64,000 nt of DNA, from positions 3,038,001 to 3,102,000 of the forward strand of contig NC_079239.1 in the NCBI RefSeq assembly GCF_027921745.1. Reading direction: 5' to 3'. Position 1 is the stretch's first letter. Each line of letters begins with the position of its first letter. Below the pieces are notes generated by a model. It was not told the origin of the DNA, searched no databases, and saw only the letters and a list, made by a program, of their open reading frames with translations. A program made the translations under genes and the position numbers. The stretch comes from Schizosaccharomyces osmophilus (Eukaryota). This document shows, in pieces, positions 1 through 13,030 of this stretch.

Positions 1-214
1 GATGCAAATTATGGACGTTCACGAGGAGATTTCATCCAACAGAGACTCTCCTGAGAAGATTGAACAGCTGATGAGCGAGAACAATGGTCGTAAAAGTGAA
101 GAAATACAAAAAATAAGTGTTGCAATGTCGAATGCTGACTGGGAATTGGCTGCACTGCATGTTAGTCGATTGAGATACTGGAATACTGTTGACAGAATCC
201 TTCGTGAGCTTTGA
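1..214 (+). CDS. jac1: 3' end of mitochondrial Fe-S cluster co-chaperone (HscB/Jac1 family), partial
   Basis: C-terminal helix pattern ...IMDVHEEI...DWELAALHVSRLRYWNTV resembles the HscB C-terminal domain. Position next to TFIIIA fits the S. pombe gene order as recalled. The 5' part is outside the window. Confidence 0.75.
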   Translation, partial: MQIMDVHEEISSNRDSPEKIEQLMSENNGRKSEEIQKISVAMSNADWELAALHVSRLRYWNTVDRILREL

Positions 215-433
215 TTTTCGCAAGCACAAGCTATTAATTTTAACGTGTTAATGAATCTATTTTTGAAATAGACCTATACATCCCTTCTTCACTTTTACAG
301 CCATCATGTTTTTACGTTGAACACTACTCAAAAAGGCAAATTTGCTCAAAAATCCCTTGTCCTATTTTTTAAAGAATAGACTGAAAACGTTTTAAAATGT
401 AATTAATAAAATCATAAAAATTTTTGTTTGTTC

Positions 434-1649
434 TCACGATAGTGGGTAGGAGGACACTGCCTCTACATTTGGCGTACTTTCCTCAGTCGTAGATAATTCA
501 TGACATGAAGTCGCATGTCTTTGAAGATCATAAAGTCTTTTAAATCGGAACTCACATCCAGGAACTGGGCAAGGAAAGAGGCGATTACCTTCGTAGCCGT
601 ATCCCGTGAGTTGATTTACAACCTGCTCGATATCAGAAGTGGTATGCGACAAATTTATCTCTCTGTCATCAGCCGGGATAACTGGTAAGTTTTGTCTGCT
701 TGTTGCATCTTCTTGAGAAGCACTTGATTCAAGACATTTGCTTTTCTCACTATGCCTTTGTAACATATGTTTGTATCCAAATTTCATTCCGCAATTAGGG
801 CAAGAGAAAGGTAATACACCTTCGTGTGTTACATGAACATGCTTTCGCAATGCAGACCCTCTAGTAAACGATTTGGAGCATCCTTCGTAAGAGCATTTAA
901 GACACTTCCTTTCTTCGAGAGTTGTCATATGAAGAGCAACATGGTGTCGAAGATGAGCCGCGCTGCGAAACCGTCTTTTACAAATGTAGCAAGTAGGCAC
1001 GTGAGCTTCGCGAATATGTCCTTGTAATTGACTCCATTTTTCAAAACCAGGATTATCAAGGCAAGACTCGTGAGGACATTTGTAGGTCACTATTTTTTCG
1101 TGAATACGATCGATGTGGTTTTGAAGTCTCTGTTTCGTCGCAAATCCTTGAGCACATCCTGCAACGGTGCAAGGAAAAGGTGATGAATGAGTATGTTCAT
1201 TCGCTATGTGCAAGCGTAATTGTTGATGCTTTGCAAACCGCTCTGGACAACCCTCCCAAGTACAAAAGTATGGCCTAGGTTTTTTGTGGATAACTTCATG
1301 TCGTAAAAGATGCTGAAGCGTATAGAATGAAGAAGAGCAACCTTCATAGCCACAAGTAAATGGCTTAATATTCGTGTGAGAACGTTGGTGAGATTTCAAA
1401 TGAGAGTTACGAAAGAAAGATTTTCCACATCCTGAATGCTCACAAATGTATGGACGCTAATACATCGTTAACATCAACTCAATATTATACTTATTCAACA
1501 ACTTGTTGATTACATACCTCATTCGAATGTGTACGAAGGTGTTGTTCTAACAGTGAAGGTCTTGAGTAGTATTTGTTGCACTCCTCAAATGGGCAAGCAT
1601 AAGCCATTTTCATTCCCTCCTGTGATTTAGCTTCGATCTCTCTATCCAT
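434..1649 (-). CDS. sfc2: Transcription factor TFIIIA (10 zinc fingers), 2 exons
   Basis: Exon1 1649-1518 (MDREIEAKSQEGMKMAYACPFEEC...HLRTHSNE), intron 1517-1457 (GTATGT...TTAAC...TAG), exon2 1456-434. Nine tandem C2H2/C2HC fingers, a spacer and a tenth finger, which is the fission-yeast TFIIIA architecture. Confidence 0.92.
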
Positions 1650-2355
1650 GTCTGATGCAAATGCAAATTATAGGTAAAATATCCAAACTTAACCCAATAT
1701 CTATACAATTAAGCCCAAAAAATCATGTTTTTTTTTTAATTAAGAGAAATAAAAGACAAAACAAAATGAAATAGACTATCCAAATTCTGAATTTTTAAGA
1801 ACAAATTCAGTTGAAAAAGTTCGCCAACAAAAGCAATTCCTATAGTACCAAAATTCCCAAATCAGGCTACACTTATTGCAACTAAGAAAGAACGTTCTTT
1901 TTGTCAACGCGTACGCAATTGAGATATTGTATAGAAGAAAGAGCTTAGAAGGAATGAAAAGTTAAAATATCGTTGTGGTAATACGAACAAATACGATATC
2001 ATAGTAAGCGAACATGAACCATGAACCTTTTGTTTACAACGAAGTTCGCATATTTATAAGTGAATAGATGAATCATTAATATGGTAATCATGAAATTTAT
2101 GTTAAGATTATAGATAGTTTGTTTACAAAAGTCAGAAAGTCTTGCACGTGGTGTTAGTCATTGGAATATAGAACATGAAAAGCGTATGCAAAATAATAAA
2201 AGCATATCGCGAAGGGGAGAAAATTGGGAAGTGAAACAATGCTTATTATGAAAGATATATAAGCAAATCGCTGAGGATGTCTCAAAAAAGATTAAGGTGC
2301 AATACAAGAAAAGAAAGAAAACCGTAATTCAGCATAAAGGATGGAAAAATGAAAC

Positions 2356-3790
2356 TTAAATTCTAAAGCGAATTCCACACTCTTGAAGTTTACTAGTTCC
2401 ATAACAAATAATGAGAAGGTAAGCAGTAAGTATAAGCAATCCTTTAAAATTGCTACTATGCAATGTGTCAACGAGAATATTTACTAAACCAGTAAGAAGA
2501 TTTCCCTAAGGCAGGTAGTTAGTACAATAAATAAGAAAAAATAGGTTGACTTACCAAAAGAAAAACAAACAAACCGTTATTGTTTGCATTTTCTAAGATT
2601 CTAGGAACACGATCTGAATAAGAAAAAGATGGTGGGAATACGTATGCATCATATAATAAGTACGAACACAAGGTAAGCATGTTTACAAAAGCGACTAGAG
2701 TTACATAAGGCGTGTTTGCGAGTCTACGGGAGATCCCGTTTGTAAAGAAACCAGAAACAAAGTACAAAGTTATCAAGGAAAGTAACGGGAATATAAGCTT
2801 TTGGAATCGTTTCCATGACTCTGCGCGAGTATACAGTCGTGGTCGGTCAACAAGTATTATGCTTCCAGCATGCATTCCGTACAAGAAAATCGATGTGTAA
2901 CCCAACAAAGATGCAATCCCTTCTTTATTTTGAGATATTAAACTTGTACGGGGAGCCACTAATACCCATTTCTGGAAAGGCGTACAAACCAACAAAAAAA
3001 GATGGATCAGAGTTACTGATGTAGCAAGATAGAAGTAAGAAAGTTTTGAGAGAGCCTTTCGAATTATAAATATCGTAACTGACATGAAGCTTAGTGTAAA
3101 GAAAAAATTCCAATGGACGCCATATTCCGTGACATGTTCTTGATACTCGATTCCTTTGGTCAAAAAGATCCGAAAAACACCTAGTAAAAACAAAATAGAA
3201 GCATTGAAAAGCACTTTTCGAAATGCTCCAGGATGTTGGATATCATTTTTCCGGCCAGCAACGGTACCAGAGGAGAACATAAAAGAGCCCACACCGAAAT
3301 CCATGAGGGAGATTCCCCAGGTTTCTACCTTTGCATGCTTTCTTGGGAAGAAAGGAAAGTCTACTGCAAGAATACAAGTTATAGTTGCAAGCATCATTTG
3401 CGAACGATAAAATGTCACGGAAGCGATACGACGATCGAATTTAGCATAGTCAGCACTTGCCTTTCCCTTGTTGTTTCGAAATCTTTTTAAGTAATCCCAA
3501 TTTACTGGACTGGCAAAATGAAGGAACACAGAAGGGACTAGGAAAGCTAGGGTTAAGACCACAGGATGAACCTTTCCCGAAATATGCATAGCTAACAGAG
3601 GAACGAGCCCAAAAATGCAGAATTCAAAAAAAAAGCTCGCAAATCCTTGGGCAGGAAGTATTTTCCGGACTTTCATCGATGTCCAAAGCACACAACAAGC
3701 AAAACCGATGCATATCATCACTGTCGTCTCAAGGACGCTGGAACCAGTCGTACCCGAGACAAACAACTCTTTTTCTAAGTTTCGAGACAT
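2356..3790 (-). CDS. gwt1: GPI inositol acyltransferase (PIG-W/Gwt1), 2 exons
   Basis: Multi-pass membrane protein with ILAVDF, KVETWGISLMDFGVG, EYGVHWNFF and ISRRLAN motifs. Exon1 3790-2555, intron 2554-2506 (GTAAGT...CTAAC...TAG), exon2 2505-2356 (GNLLTGLVN...FRI*). Confidence 0.93.
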
Positions 3791-4768
3791 TTCTGTTTAC
3801 AAAAAAATATAACTAAGTAAAAAACCTTCCTTTTAAATGAATTGTGGCATCTATATTTTGCAATGGTGGAAGTAGAGTAGATACGGTCATGACACAAAAG
3901 GTAAACAAATCGCTTAGCAAAGGTAAATTGGGCCTAACAAGATGTTGTTCATTACAAACCTCCAAAAGAAACAATTACAACAGAATTCCTCGCTTTATAA
4001 ATCAAGATAAAATAAATAGGCCCTCATGGAAAAATGCTGTTTGCTGTGGATACATTTCAAACTAGATGGTAACGACTCGCTTAATCTTTTATATTGGTTG
4101 GGCTTTTCACACGTTTAGTAGAAAAGAATACAATTTTTAAAAGAAAAAAATATATATAGACAAAAAGTAGTGGTCTGAAACTAAGAAGAGATCTCCTTAA
4201 ATTTTTTTTTTTTTTTTTTTGGAAAACACAGCGTTACTTGCAGTAGGTGACATGGTTTGTTTACACTGCGAAAGAGCAAAACCCAAATAGGGTGAATTGC
4301 TTTTCGAAAAGAGCCAGTGGTTTTAAATGAAAGAGATTGCTAATAATCATTTTAGCTTGTGCAGGTATTTTACGTATGCATATGTATAAACAAAAAAGAT
4401 CTGCAATACACTGTCTACATCTACAAAAAAACCAAACGTCAGGATGAACCGCTTTATATTAGAAACAAATTGAGTACAAATAATACAATGAAAACAAATA
4501 ATCGACTGATCGAATCACAGAACTCAACATTATATTGGTACAACCATACTCTATTAAATATAATTTACTCTTCCCAAAAGAAAAAAAGAAAAATAGATTT
4601 TAAAATTATCAAAATCAAGCTACCCACTCTCTTACAAATACCAAACAAGCAACGAAGTCTTCATGTAATTTTTGTTTTTATCGACACGCTTTGTTTGTTT
4701 ACTACTTATTACGACCGATACTTTGATAATATGATATGTATAATTGTATAATGATATGAGTACTGCCT

Positions 4769-4797
4769 AGGGTAGGGCTGCATGTAAAACAGTCACG
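4769..4797 (+). promoter_or_regulatory. HomolE (AGGGTAGGGC, 4769-4778) and HomolD (CAGTCACG, 4790-4797) ribosomal-protein promoter elements
   Basis: Match to fission-yeast HomolE AGGGTAGGGT and HomolD CAGTCAC(A/G), in the expected order ~80-100 bp upstream of the rps11 ATG. Confidence 0.85.
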
Positions 4798-4872
4798 GTG
4801 AGAAACATTGGATCCGACTAGTTGTTTGGAAAAGGGTGCCTTGACAACTGCCAACACAGAAAACTAACAATA

Positions 4873-5331
4873 ATGGCTACCGAGCTTGTCGTTCAAAGTG
4901 AGCGTGCTTATCAAAAGCAACCCCATATCTTCCAAAACGCCAAGAAGGGTGCCGGTCGCCGTTGGTACAAGGATGTCGGTTTGGGTTTCAAGACCCCTAC
5001 TGAGGCTATCTATGGTCAATACATTGACAAGAAGTGTCCCTTCGTTGGTGAAGTTTCCATCCGTGGCCGTATTTTGACTGGTACCGTTGTTTCCACCAAG
5101 ATGCACCGTACCATCATCATTCGTCGTGAATACTTGCACTTCATCCCCAAGTACAACCGTTATGAGAAGCGTCACAAGAACGTTGCTGCCCACGTCTCTC
5201 CTGCTTTCCGTATCAACGAGGGTGATGTTGTCACTGTTGGTCAATGCCGTCCCTTGAGTAAGACCGTTCGCTTCAACGTTCTCCGTGTTGTCAAACACAC
5301 TGAAGGATCCAAGCAATTCGGCAAGTTCTAA
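4873..5331 (+). CDS. rps11: 40S ribosomal protein S11 (uS17)
   Basis: [17 protein letters not shown]...DKKCPF...[14 protein letters not shown] with strong codon bias. The true ATG is at 4873; the ORF track starts at an upstream TTG. Confidence 0.97.
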   Translation: MATELVVQSERAYQKQPHIFQNAKKGAGRRWYKDVGLGFKTPTEAIYGQYIDKKCPFVGEVSIRGRILTGTVVSTKMHRTIIIRREYLHFIPKYNRYEKRHKNVAAHVSPAFRINEGDVVTVGQCRPLSKTVRFNVLRVVKHTEGSKQFGKF

Positions 5332-6349
5332 GTAGACCTAGTCACATGCTAGTTGTGTTACAATAAAAAAATGTGCTTCTTATTGCCTATGAATGTCCTA
5401 TAAACAAATTAAACTTGTTTTCTTACCTTTCGTATCATACAATGATTAGAGAATACCTTGATGATTATTCCACTACAGACGAACTCATCCTGAAGGATTC
5501 TTTGTTTTAGGTTTAACCCAAGTAGTAACCCATGCTGTATTCTATTATTTTTCTGTAACCACATACACCTGCTATATGTTGGATGTTTTTTACGTTTCCA
5601 AAGTATACTTTTGGATGCTTGTAAATGTCCAGCAGTATGGTTGTTTCTCACATATATTGTTTCATATTCAAAAAATACGCCTACCAACACATAACCTGTT
5701 GCCCGTTTACACCTAGGAATTTTACTATTTCCCGTTATTGCATAAAAATGAAGATGACCGATCTCGGTGACCCAGTTCGCCAACATTCGGTGTTTTCCCT
5801 CGGTGCCAAATTTCAAAAACCGATTCCTTTTTCAGTTCAGCAACCTAAAGGAGAATTTACAAGAAACACATTGAAAACTGAGTGTTGATTTCTTGTAATA
5901 TTTTACTTTTTTTATTAACACTCCTAAAAAAGGCTTGTCTATTTGTTAACGCTCGGATCTGGTGTCTTTTAGTCGTTTCTTACTAAGTTGGACGTACTCT
6001 AGACACAGAAGGGTTTCCGGATCTTTTTTAGTAAGCAAGCTAAGAAATACCCGTCTACATTCCCTCTTTCTTGCTGTCTTTCTGTCATCATTCACCATAT
6101 TCTGTGAAAGACCAAAAATCGTTTCGGAAAGAGCACAAAAATCGCCTTTTGTGAATTGCCCTCTTATCGTTCCCTTGATCAGGTATAGTTGATTTCATTT
6201 TTTTTTTTGATCATATTCATCTCTTACGAACCGTCTTAACGTATTCCTTACCAAATATTGAACGGATTCCCGATTCGTACGAAAGAGAGAGACCATTGCA
6301 TATTTGCATTTTCCAGTTTTAAACTAAGCATATCCGATAATAAGGAACC

Positions 6350-7174
6350 ATGGAACCAAAGGAAAACGGAATTGAGCTTTCCCCTGTGGAGATGGCAAAG
6401 CGTATGGCTTGCCATATGGCTGTCGATGAAAATTACCCAAAACACCCAAAGGTAATTGGCATTGGCAGTGGCAGCACAGTAATTTATGTTGTTGAACGTC
6501 TTTTAACAAAGCCCGGTGTCGAAAACGTTGTCTTCCTTCCTACCGGATTTCAGTCCAAAGAATTAATTGTCACTAGCGGTCTCCGATTAGGTGACCCAGA
6601 TTGTTATCCTGATGTTGACGTTTGTTTCGACGGTGCCGACGAGGTAGACGATAGCTTGCAGTGCATCAAGGGTGGTGGTGCTTGCTTGTTCCAAGAAAAA
6701 TTAATTGGATTCCTGGCAAAGCGCCTTGTCATTGTCGCTGACTCTCGGAAAAATTCCCATATGCTTGGCGAATACTGGAAGAAAGGAGTTCCCATTGAAG
6801 TTATGCCCATGGCTTATACTTCTATCTTACCTCAATTGGTTGCTTTAGGTGCTCTTGACCCCAAATTGCGTATGGGTGCTCCTGGTAAAGCCGGCCCTGT
6901 CGTTACTGACAATGGCAACTTCATTATCGATGCCAGTTTTGGTTTAATTAAGAACCCTGAAGGGCTTTTTGAAAAAATCAAACTTTTGGTTGGTGTTGTA
7001 GAAGTGGGTATTTTTTGTAATATGATTTCTGCTGCTTACTTTGGCAGTCAAGATGGTAGCGTTACCGTCAAAAAATCCAATGGTGATAACCATATTATTC
7101 CTCCTAAGATTACTGCTACGGCTACCGAATTTGATGCAATCGTCGCCGAGAGTAATGCTACACCATTAAAATAG
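6350..7174 (+). CDS. rki1: Ribose-5-phosphate isomerase A
   Basis: GIGSGST, DGADEVD, IKGGG and VTDNGNFIID RpiA motifs. Confidence 0.96.
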   Translation: MEPKENGIELSPVEMAKRMACHMAVDENYPKHPKVIGIGSGSTVIYVVERLLTKPGVENVVFLPTGFQSKELIVTSGLRLGDPDCYPDVDVCFDGADEVDDSLQCIKGGGACLFQEKLIGFLAKRLVIVADSRKNSHMLGEYWKKGVPIEVMPMAYTSILPQLVALGALDPKLRMGAPGKAGPVVTDNGNFIIDASFGLIKNPEGLFEKIKLLVGVVEVGIFCNMISAAYFGSQDGSVTVKKSNGDNHIIPPKITATATEFDAIVAESNATPLK

Positions 7175-8074
7175 TTTTTCTGAACGGATATTATATTCTG
7201 TACTTTTCATTTACCGTTTTCATGCCAATGTATTATACTTTGCTTTCGTCGTCCATACTTTCTTTTTACTTTTCGATTTACGAAATTTGAGCGGTTTTAA
7301 CCTAATAAATTCTTCAATAATCTGTTTTATTAAGAAAAAAAATTCTTATTATGAATTTGTTTTTGACATTTATAGGAATGCCTTTACTTTTTGTTGCGGC
7401 TAGCTATCTAAGTACAATGTTATGTGTGTATGTAGTGTCCATCGACCATCCACTTTGAACAAAAAGCTCACTTCATTGGTGTCTTACTATAGATCGTAAC
7501 AATCAAACTTATAAAGTACTTCATTATCTTCTTTCTCATATCGTAAATCAAGTATTAATTGAAAATGCTATCATTAAATCAAAAGTTGTAGCGCTACACT
7601 TATGTAAACATATTCAAAATCAAAAGTCATTAAAAAAAACAAAGAAAAAAGACGTACATTGAGCCATACTCCATACTAGCTTGTATCGTCCAAAAGAAAG
7701 CATCAAAATTATAGAATATAAACGAGAAACATTATCTATATTCAAAACATCAATTTGGAAAAGAGTTCAACCTCAAAGAACTCGAAAGTGACTGTAAAAG
7801 ACGAGAATTAATGGAAAGGATCTAAACCGGACCAGAATTAAAACAAAACTTTTTCAGAAAAGAGGGCAATTGCATAAAACAGATTAAATGATGTAGATAG
7901 GATTAAATTTTATAGATCAGCCGTCAACGAGCGTGTCATCAATATGGATATAAAGCATGTTAGTTAATAAAGATTCAGAAAACAAACAGAGTCCGCTGCT
8001 ATGAAAGCAGATGCTTGACGTTGTCCGAACGATAAAGCCCCAAAAAACAGTTATATAGGCAAGAAATCCATGCT

Positions 8075-9769
8075 TTAACGAATTTTCATAATAGGATCAA
8101 AGGGCGAGCCTCTATAAGACATATTCGCTTTTGAATCAAATAGTTTCCAAAAACGCAATGTCTCGTCAGCAGCACCGGTAACAATATTTTCACCGTCTGG
8201 AGACATAGACAAAAATAACACACGATTTGTATGTCCCTTTAAGGTACCAACTCGAGAAACTTTTGGGTAGTTCCATATAGCAATTTCGTTTTCAACGAAA
8301 CCATGAGTGGATACAATTTCATTCGTTAATTTTGACCACTGGAGGCTACAGACTTGGGAACCTGTGTTAATATCATGTATCAGTGAACCTCTATGAGTGT
8401 TCCAAATTTTGATGGTCTGATCAGCAGTACCACCACCCGAGGCTAGGACTCCACGCTGATGAGTACTCCAACTTAAAGCCCTTACAGCGGCTGAATGATC
8501 ATGAAACGAGTATAATGGAACGTCGCTAAATTTATCCCAGACATATAAAGCATTATCGTTTCCACCTGAAGCCAGTTGATTATCTGCCGAGCTCCAATCC
8601 AAGTTACAAATCTCTTGACGATGAGATCGGAGAGTTCGAAAGTAATGTTCAGATTCCCTAACATCACGGTGCAATATAGTGTTATCACGCCCACCACTAC
8701 TGAGGACATGATCGTTCCAAGCAAGAGCACCAACGCGGAGACTATGACCTTCCATAGTCCGAACTTTCTTACAAGCTTCAGCGTCCCAAATTTCTACAAG
8801 TCCATTATTGGTACCAACAGCAAGGTGCGTTCCTCGCTGGACCCACTTCAAAGAAGTAACTGTATCGGACGGCCAAAAATTATGCATGACTTTTACTTCG
8901 CTGGTGATCGGAGACCAAAGGTACACACGTGAACCCAGGGCTATAGCTAATATATTACATTGACCCCAGTCAAGGAGATTTAAATAGTAGTCGTCAGCAA
9001 GGTTAGGAGCGTCTAACACTTTGTAGGGGAAAGTTGGGAGTTTTCGCTTTTCTTGCTGTCCAGCAGCAATGAAATCTCGAGTCAAAGATCGGACGGGCGA
9101 TAAAGAGTATTTTGTACGGTTGGGATCATCTTGAAAAAGCAGCTTTTTCTTATATGACGAATTATTCCGATCCCGCGGGGACATAAACTGAAATACTTTT
9201 CTGGACGGAGTGATGGGAGTCGTCTGTAAGGCAGAAGAAGAAGAGGAAAATGTAGAGGATGGAGGTGTTTGTAAGGTTGCACCTCGGGGACCCGTATCAT
9301 GATTCGGCATTGACGAATTCATATTCGATGTGCTACTGGGAGTTTTCGCCATCGGAACAGATGAAGGCGATGTATCATACTCTCCAAATAGTTCCGAATG
9401 CAACAGACTTGTGAAATTACTATCTGCCAGAGACGTCCGATTCTTGCCAGGCGTCTGTGGTGGGTCAAACGTGGAGAAGCTCGACCATAATTCACTAGAG
9501 CCAGACCCCCGAGTCGGAATAAACCTATCACCATCATTACTACGGATCCGTTTTCTAGTTGGTGAAACCTGAGGATTAGTTTGGTCAACTCCTAACGAGC
9601 TGTCAGTCTTCGAACTTGTGCCTTCATTGCTGGCTCCATTCCTTGATCCATGATTCGACGAAGAGCTCGCATTGTCTTGATAAACACTGCCCCTACGCGG
9701 TTGGTCCGAGTCATTTGAACTTCTATCTTCAGCACTACGTTGCTGGAGTCGTCGTCCCGATTCTTCCAT
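8075..9769 (-). CDS. srw1: APC/C activator Cdh1/Fizzy-related WD40 protein (Srw1/Ste9)
   Basis: C-box DRFIPTR, many S/TP sites, KVLDAP...DDYYLNLLDW, WD40 repeats and a C-terminal IR tail. First ATG at 9769. Confidence 0.93.
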   Translation of the reverse strand: MEESGRRLQQRSAEDRSSNDSDQPRRGSVYQDNASSSSNHGSRNGASNEGTSSKTDSSLGVDQTNPQVSPTRKRIRSNDGDRFIPTRGSGSSELWSSFSTFDPPQTPGKNRTSLADSNFTSLLHSELFGEYDTSPSSVPMAKTPSSTSNMNSSMPNHDTGPRGATLQTPPSSTFSSSSSALQTTPITPSRKVFQFMSPRDRNNSSYKKKLLFQDDPNRTKYSLSPVRSLTRDFIAAGQQEKRKLPTFPYKVLDAPNLADDYYLNLLDWGQCNILAIALGSRVYLWSPITSEVKVMHNFWPSDTVTSLKWVQRGTHLAVGTNNGLVEIWDAEACKKVRTMEGHSLRVGALAWNDHVLSSGGRDNTILHRDVRESEHYFRTLRSHRQEICNLDWSSADNQLASGGNDNALYVWDKFSDVPLYSFHDHSAAVRALSWSTHQRGVLASGGGTADQTIKIWNTHRGSLIHDINTGSQVCSLQWSKLTNEIVSTHGFVENEIAIWNYPKVSRVGTLKGHTNRVLFLSMSPDGENIVTGAADETLRFWKLFDSKANMSYRGSPFDPIMKIR

Positions 9770-11427
9770 AGCCGAAACTGAAAAGTCGCCAATTTCTATA
9801 TGAAGCAATTGTTCTTTTCAGACCTAAATATGCAATTCTATATTTTAATCTCTAGATCCTTTATTGCATTCGAAGTAATAATATACGGTGTTTTCTCTTA
9901 AAAATGCTGTTTTCCAAGATGCTTCAATACTGGTTGTTCGTAGCTGCTAATCACCGACTTTATTCAATTTGGGGAAGGGTAGTGCATGAACCAAATAAAC
10001 CAGCTCGTTATGCTAGGCGACTGCTTTAATTTCATCTTAGCTCATTTTGACTTGTTTTCTTCTCAATGATAACGAACGTCAGCCCTCAATGTCATTATCT
10101 CGGTAACCTTAATTAAAGCCTGATAACGCAAAGCGAAAAATTTTTATAACGAAAAATAAAATACTCGAATGTATCACTTTCCCATACGTTAAACCGTAGT
10201 GGGAGACAGAGTACCATGTGGGGCATATGCACTGAACAGTAAATATGAGCAAGTACTTGGCAAGGCAAGTCAAGTCAAGTCGATAAAGGAAGAAAAGAAG
10301 ATACAAGGGATCCATAGTTGGCATGGCTAAAAAACATTAAAAAGCAGGGTGGAATGAATCCTACTTTTCGAAATAGCTCTTGTGCGGTCTTGGTATGGCT
10401 AGCATTTTCCAAAAAGTGGAAAAATACTTCTGTAAAGCATGGAAGAACAGTTTACATCTTTTGGTTCCTGTCAAGATTCAACCTGTTTAAGGAACACGGA
10501 CAGCAAAAAGATACCGTACTTTATCTATTTCGGAAAATAAATCTTTTATCACTTCCTATCACGAAGCAGGAAATTTTATTTCCAAGCTTATTTGACTTAA
10601 AGTTGGATCGCTGGAAACGGTTTCGCTCGAAAGTGAAGATGGCAAAAAAAGAAAAAGAAATAGAAATATAAGAAGAAAAAGAGAATTAGAAAAAGAAAAA
10701 AAGCATAAATTCAAGAAGAAATAGATGATCTTTATCAGAAGGCAACTTGTTGGAAAAAGATCTGTATAGGATGCTTTCTAAAAATTCGTCGTTTGGACCA
10801 TTCGTTGAATCGTCTTAGACGAAACAGCTTCACTGTATGTCCTCCGACGTCGTTTCTCGATGAAACAAGTCTTGGCTTTTTGGTTTTCTGCTTTTCGTTT
10901 GTTTACTATTTGCGTAAACGCGACCTAGAGGAAGTAACAATTGAATTCACAAAACACAGTTGGAGCAGAGAATCCATTCAAAAATAAAAAAAACCAATTT
11001 TTGAGACATAAAAGACTCTAAATCGTAATTTCGCAGACAAGAATCGAATGAAATCCTGCTTTAAAAGCATTTCTAAGCCAAGTAACATATATGTGACTCA
11101 ATCCTGTTACTTATTTAGTACAATAATATGATAGTTGTCTGTGACCACCGTACTAAGAATTTCAACAGAAAAGTATTTTTAGTTTGTAATAGCAAATGCT
11201 GAAAACCTAATAATTTGTCGTTCTTCTTAATTGGTTTAGTTTTTTAATCTTGATTCCCTGGGTATTTCTTTTTGCTCACACTTGTCGCTCTTTTTTGGTT
11301 CACATCTGGACTTTGTAATCTATTTCGCTATTTTGCTCTTTTTTGTTTTCCTCGTTCTTTTTCATTCTTTATAGTCTTTAATTTCTTTTCTTTTTCAGTC
11401 ACCTTTTGTTTTTGGACCATCACCAGC

Positions 11428-12988
11428 ATGTCGACAGCGAATGTTCGAACAATCGTTCGGGTTCGTCCCAAATCTCTTCGAGAACTATCAACAAACGCTG
11501 TCGATCTTCTTACCACAGATGATAATCGAAACGAAATCACTATTCATCCACCTCCAGAAGGATTAGCAAATTCAAGACATAGGCATAGAGTGCGAGGACC
11601 TCGAGTATTTCATTTTGATAAGTGTTTTTCCCCCTCCGCAATTGGCTCCAACGGCCAAGCATTGGAAGAGGAAGCTCTATTTCAAAACACAGGTCCCTAT
11701 TTAGTCCATTCAACTTTGGAAGGCTACAATGCATGTCTATTCACCTATGGTCAAAGCGGGAGTGGTAAAACATATTCGACCATTGGTGCTCGCGGACAAA
11801 CTGGTTTAGTACCTAAACTTTCAGGTTTTCTTTTTAAGGAAATTGATAGAATTCAAGCGGAAACGAATGCCACAATCCGGGTTTCCATTTCGGTAGCAGA
11901 AATCCTAAACGAAACTGTGTACGACTTATTAGAATCCAAGGAATCAACAGAAAATGATATCCATGCTGATGCTTCTACTCACTATTTTTCTCAAGGGTTC
12001 TCCCAATTTGAAGTTGAAAATGCTCAAGAAATTGATGCATTTTTACGGTTAGCCGCCAAGGTACGCGTGTTTACGCTTGATGCAACGAATGATTACTAAT
12101 TTTAAATAGACAAAAGAAACAACGATAGCTGACGAATCCGGAAAGACTCATGGTCATACGGCTATAATTTTCAAAATTCATCAAAAAATTCCGAAAACTG
12201 AGAAACAGATTTCTTTGCAAAAAGAATCTTACTTGCAAATTTTGGATCTAGGAAGCTTTGGTCGAAATTCTCACCAAAAGTCTGAAAATGGAATACCTAG
12301 CGAATTTGCCGGTAATGATGAATCTTTGTCGGTATTGAACCGAGTCATTGCATCTCTTACTAGCAAGAAGCATGACCTCATAATTCCTTATACTGATTCA
12401 GTTCTCACTCGTTTTCTTCAGAATGCTTTAGGAGGAAATTGCAGAACCCTTGTGCTGGCTTGCGTGTCACCATGCGATTTTGATGATACATTCTCTACTC
12501 TGAGATATGCAGAAGCAGCTAGAAAGATCAAGAATATCTCCGTTATAAATACAAAGAAAATTTATGGGGATTCTGATGAAAATGAATTTGATACTATCGT
12601 TTCTAGTTTGGAGTCTGACAGAGTTCAAATGAAACGTCATGAAGAACACAGCAAAAAGCTACTAGCAATCATTGACGATTTAAAGACCGAGTACGAAAGT
12701 CGAATAAGAAGTCTCGAGCTACAAAATACAGCGTTAAAGAATCATCTTTGCTTAGCTGTTGATGCATATCTTAACCCAGTGGAATTGAATTTTCCGAAAA
12801 AACCCGGAAATAAATCGCAAAAATCTCTCAATGAAATGCTTCAAATGGAACTCACTGAATTTCAAAAAGACGTAAAGTTGCTGGCTAAAGACTTTGAGGG
12901 AACCGTACTGTCCCCTCAAGAATTCAATCCTCCAAGACTTCAAAATATTGAAGAAGAAAGTTTAAGACACGACTCTTTGTTAGATTAA
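11428..12988 (+). CDS. klp8: Divergent kinesin-like protein, 2 exons
   Basis: Exon1 11428-12060 (VRVRP, FHFDKCF, YGQSGSGKT), intron 12061-12109 (GTACGC...CTAAT...TAG), exon2 12110-12988 (IPYTDSVLTRFLQNALGGNCRT, STLRYA, coiled coil). Confidence 0.88.
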
Positions 12989-13030
12989 ATTAGTTCTAAT
13001 TAAATAAACATATAATAAAAATTATAAACA

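Noticed and set aside
434..1649. TFIIIA gene and a 5S gene in the same window as a functional cluster
   Set aside because: They are 61 kb apart across a synteny break, and 5S genes are dispersed in fission yeasts. Co-occurrence is coincidental.
4864..5316. 150-aa antisense ORF over rps11
   Set aside because: Shadow ORF produced by strong codon bias of a highly expressed gene.
5409..5816. 135-aa minus-strand ORF between rps11 and rki1
   Set aside because: TTG start, no recognisable domain and atypical composition.
6183..6316. Possible 5' UTR intron of rki1 (GTATAG...CAG)
   Set aside because: No branch-point consensus at a suitable distance from the acceptor.
10109..10324. 71-aa ORF upstream of srw1
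   Set aside because: Low-complexity hydrophobic translation of T-rich intergenic DNA, with no other support.
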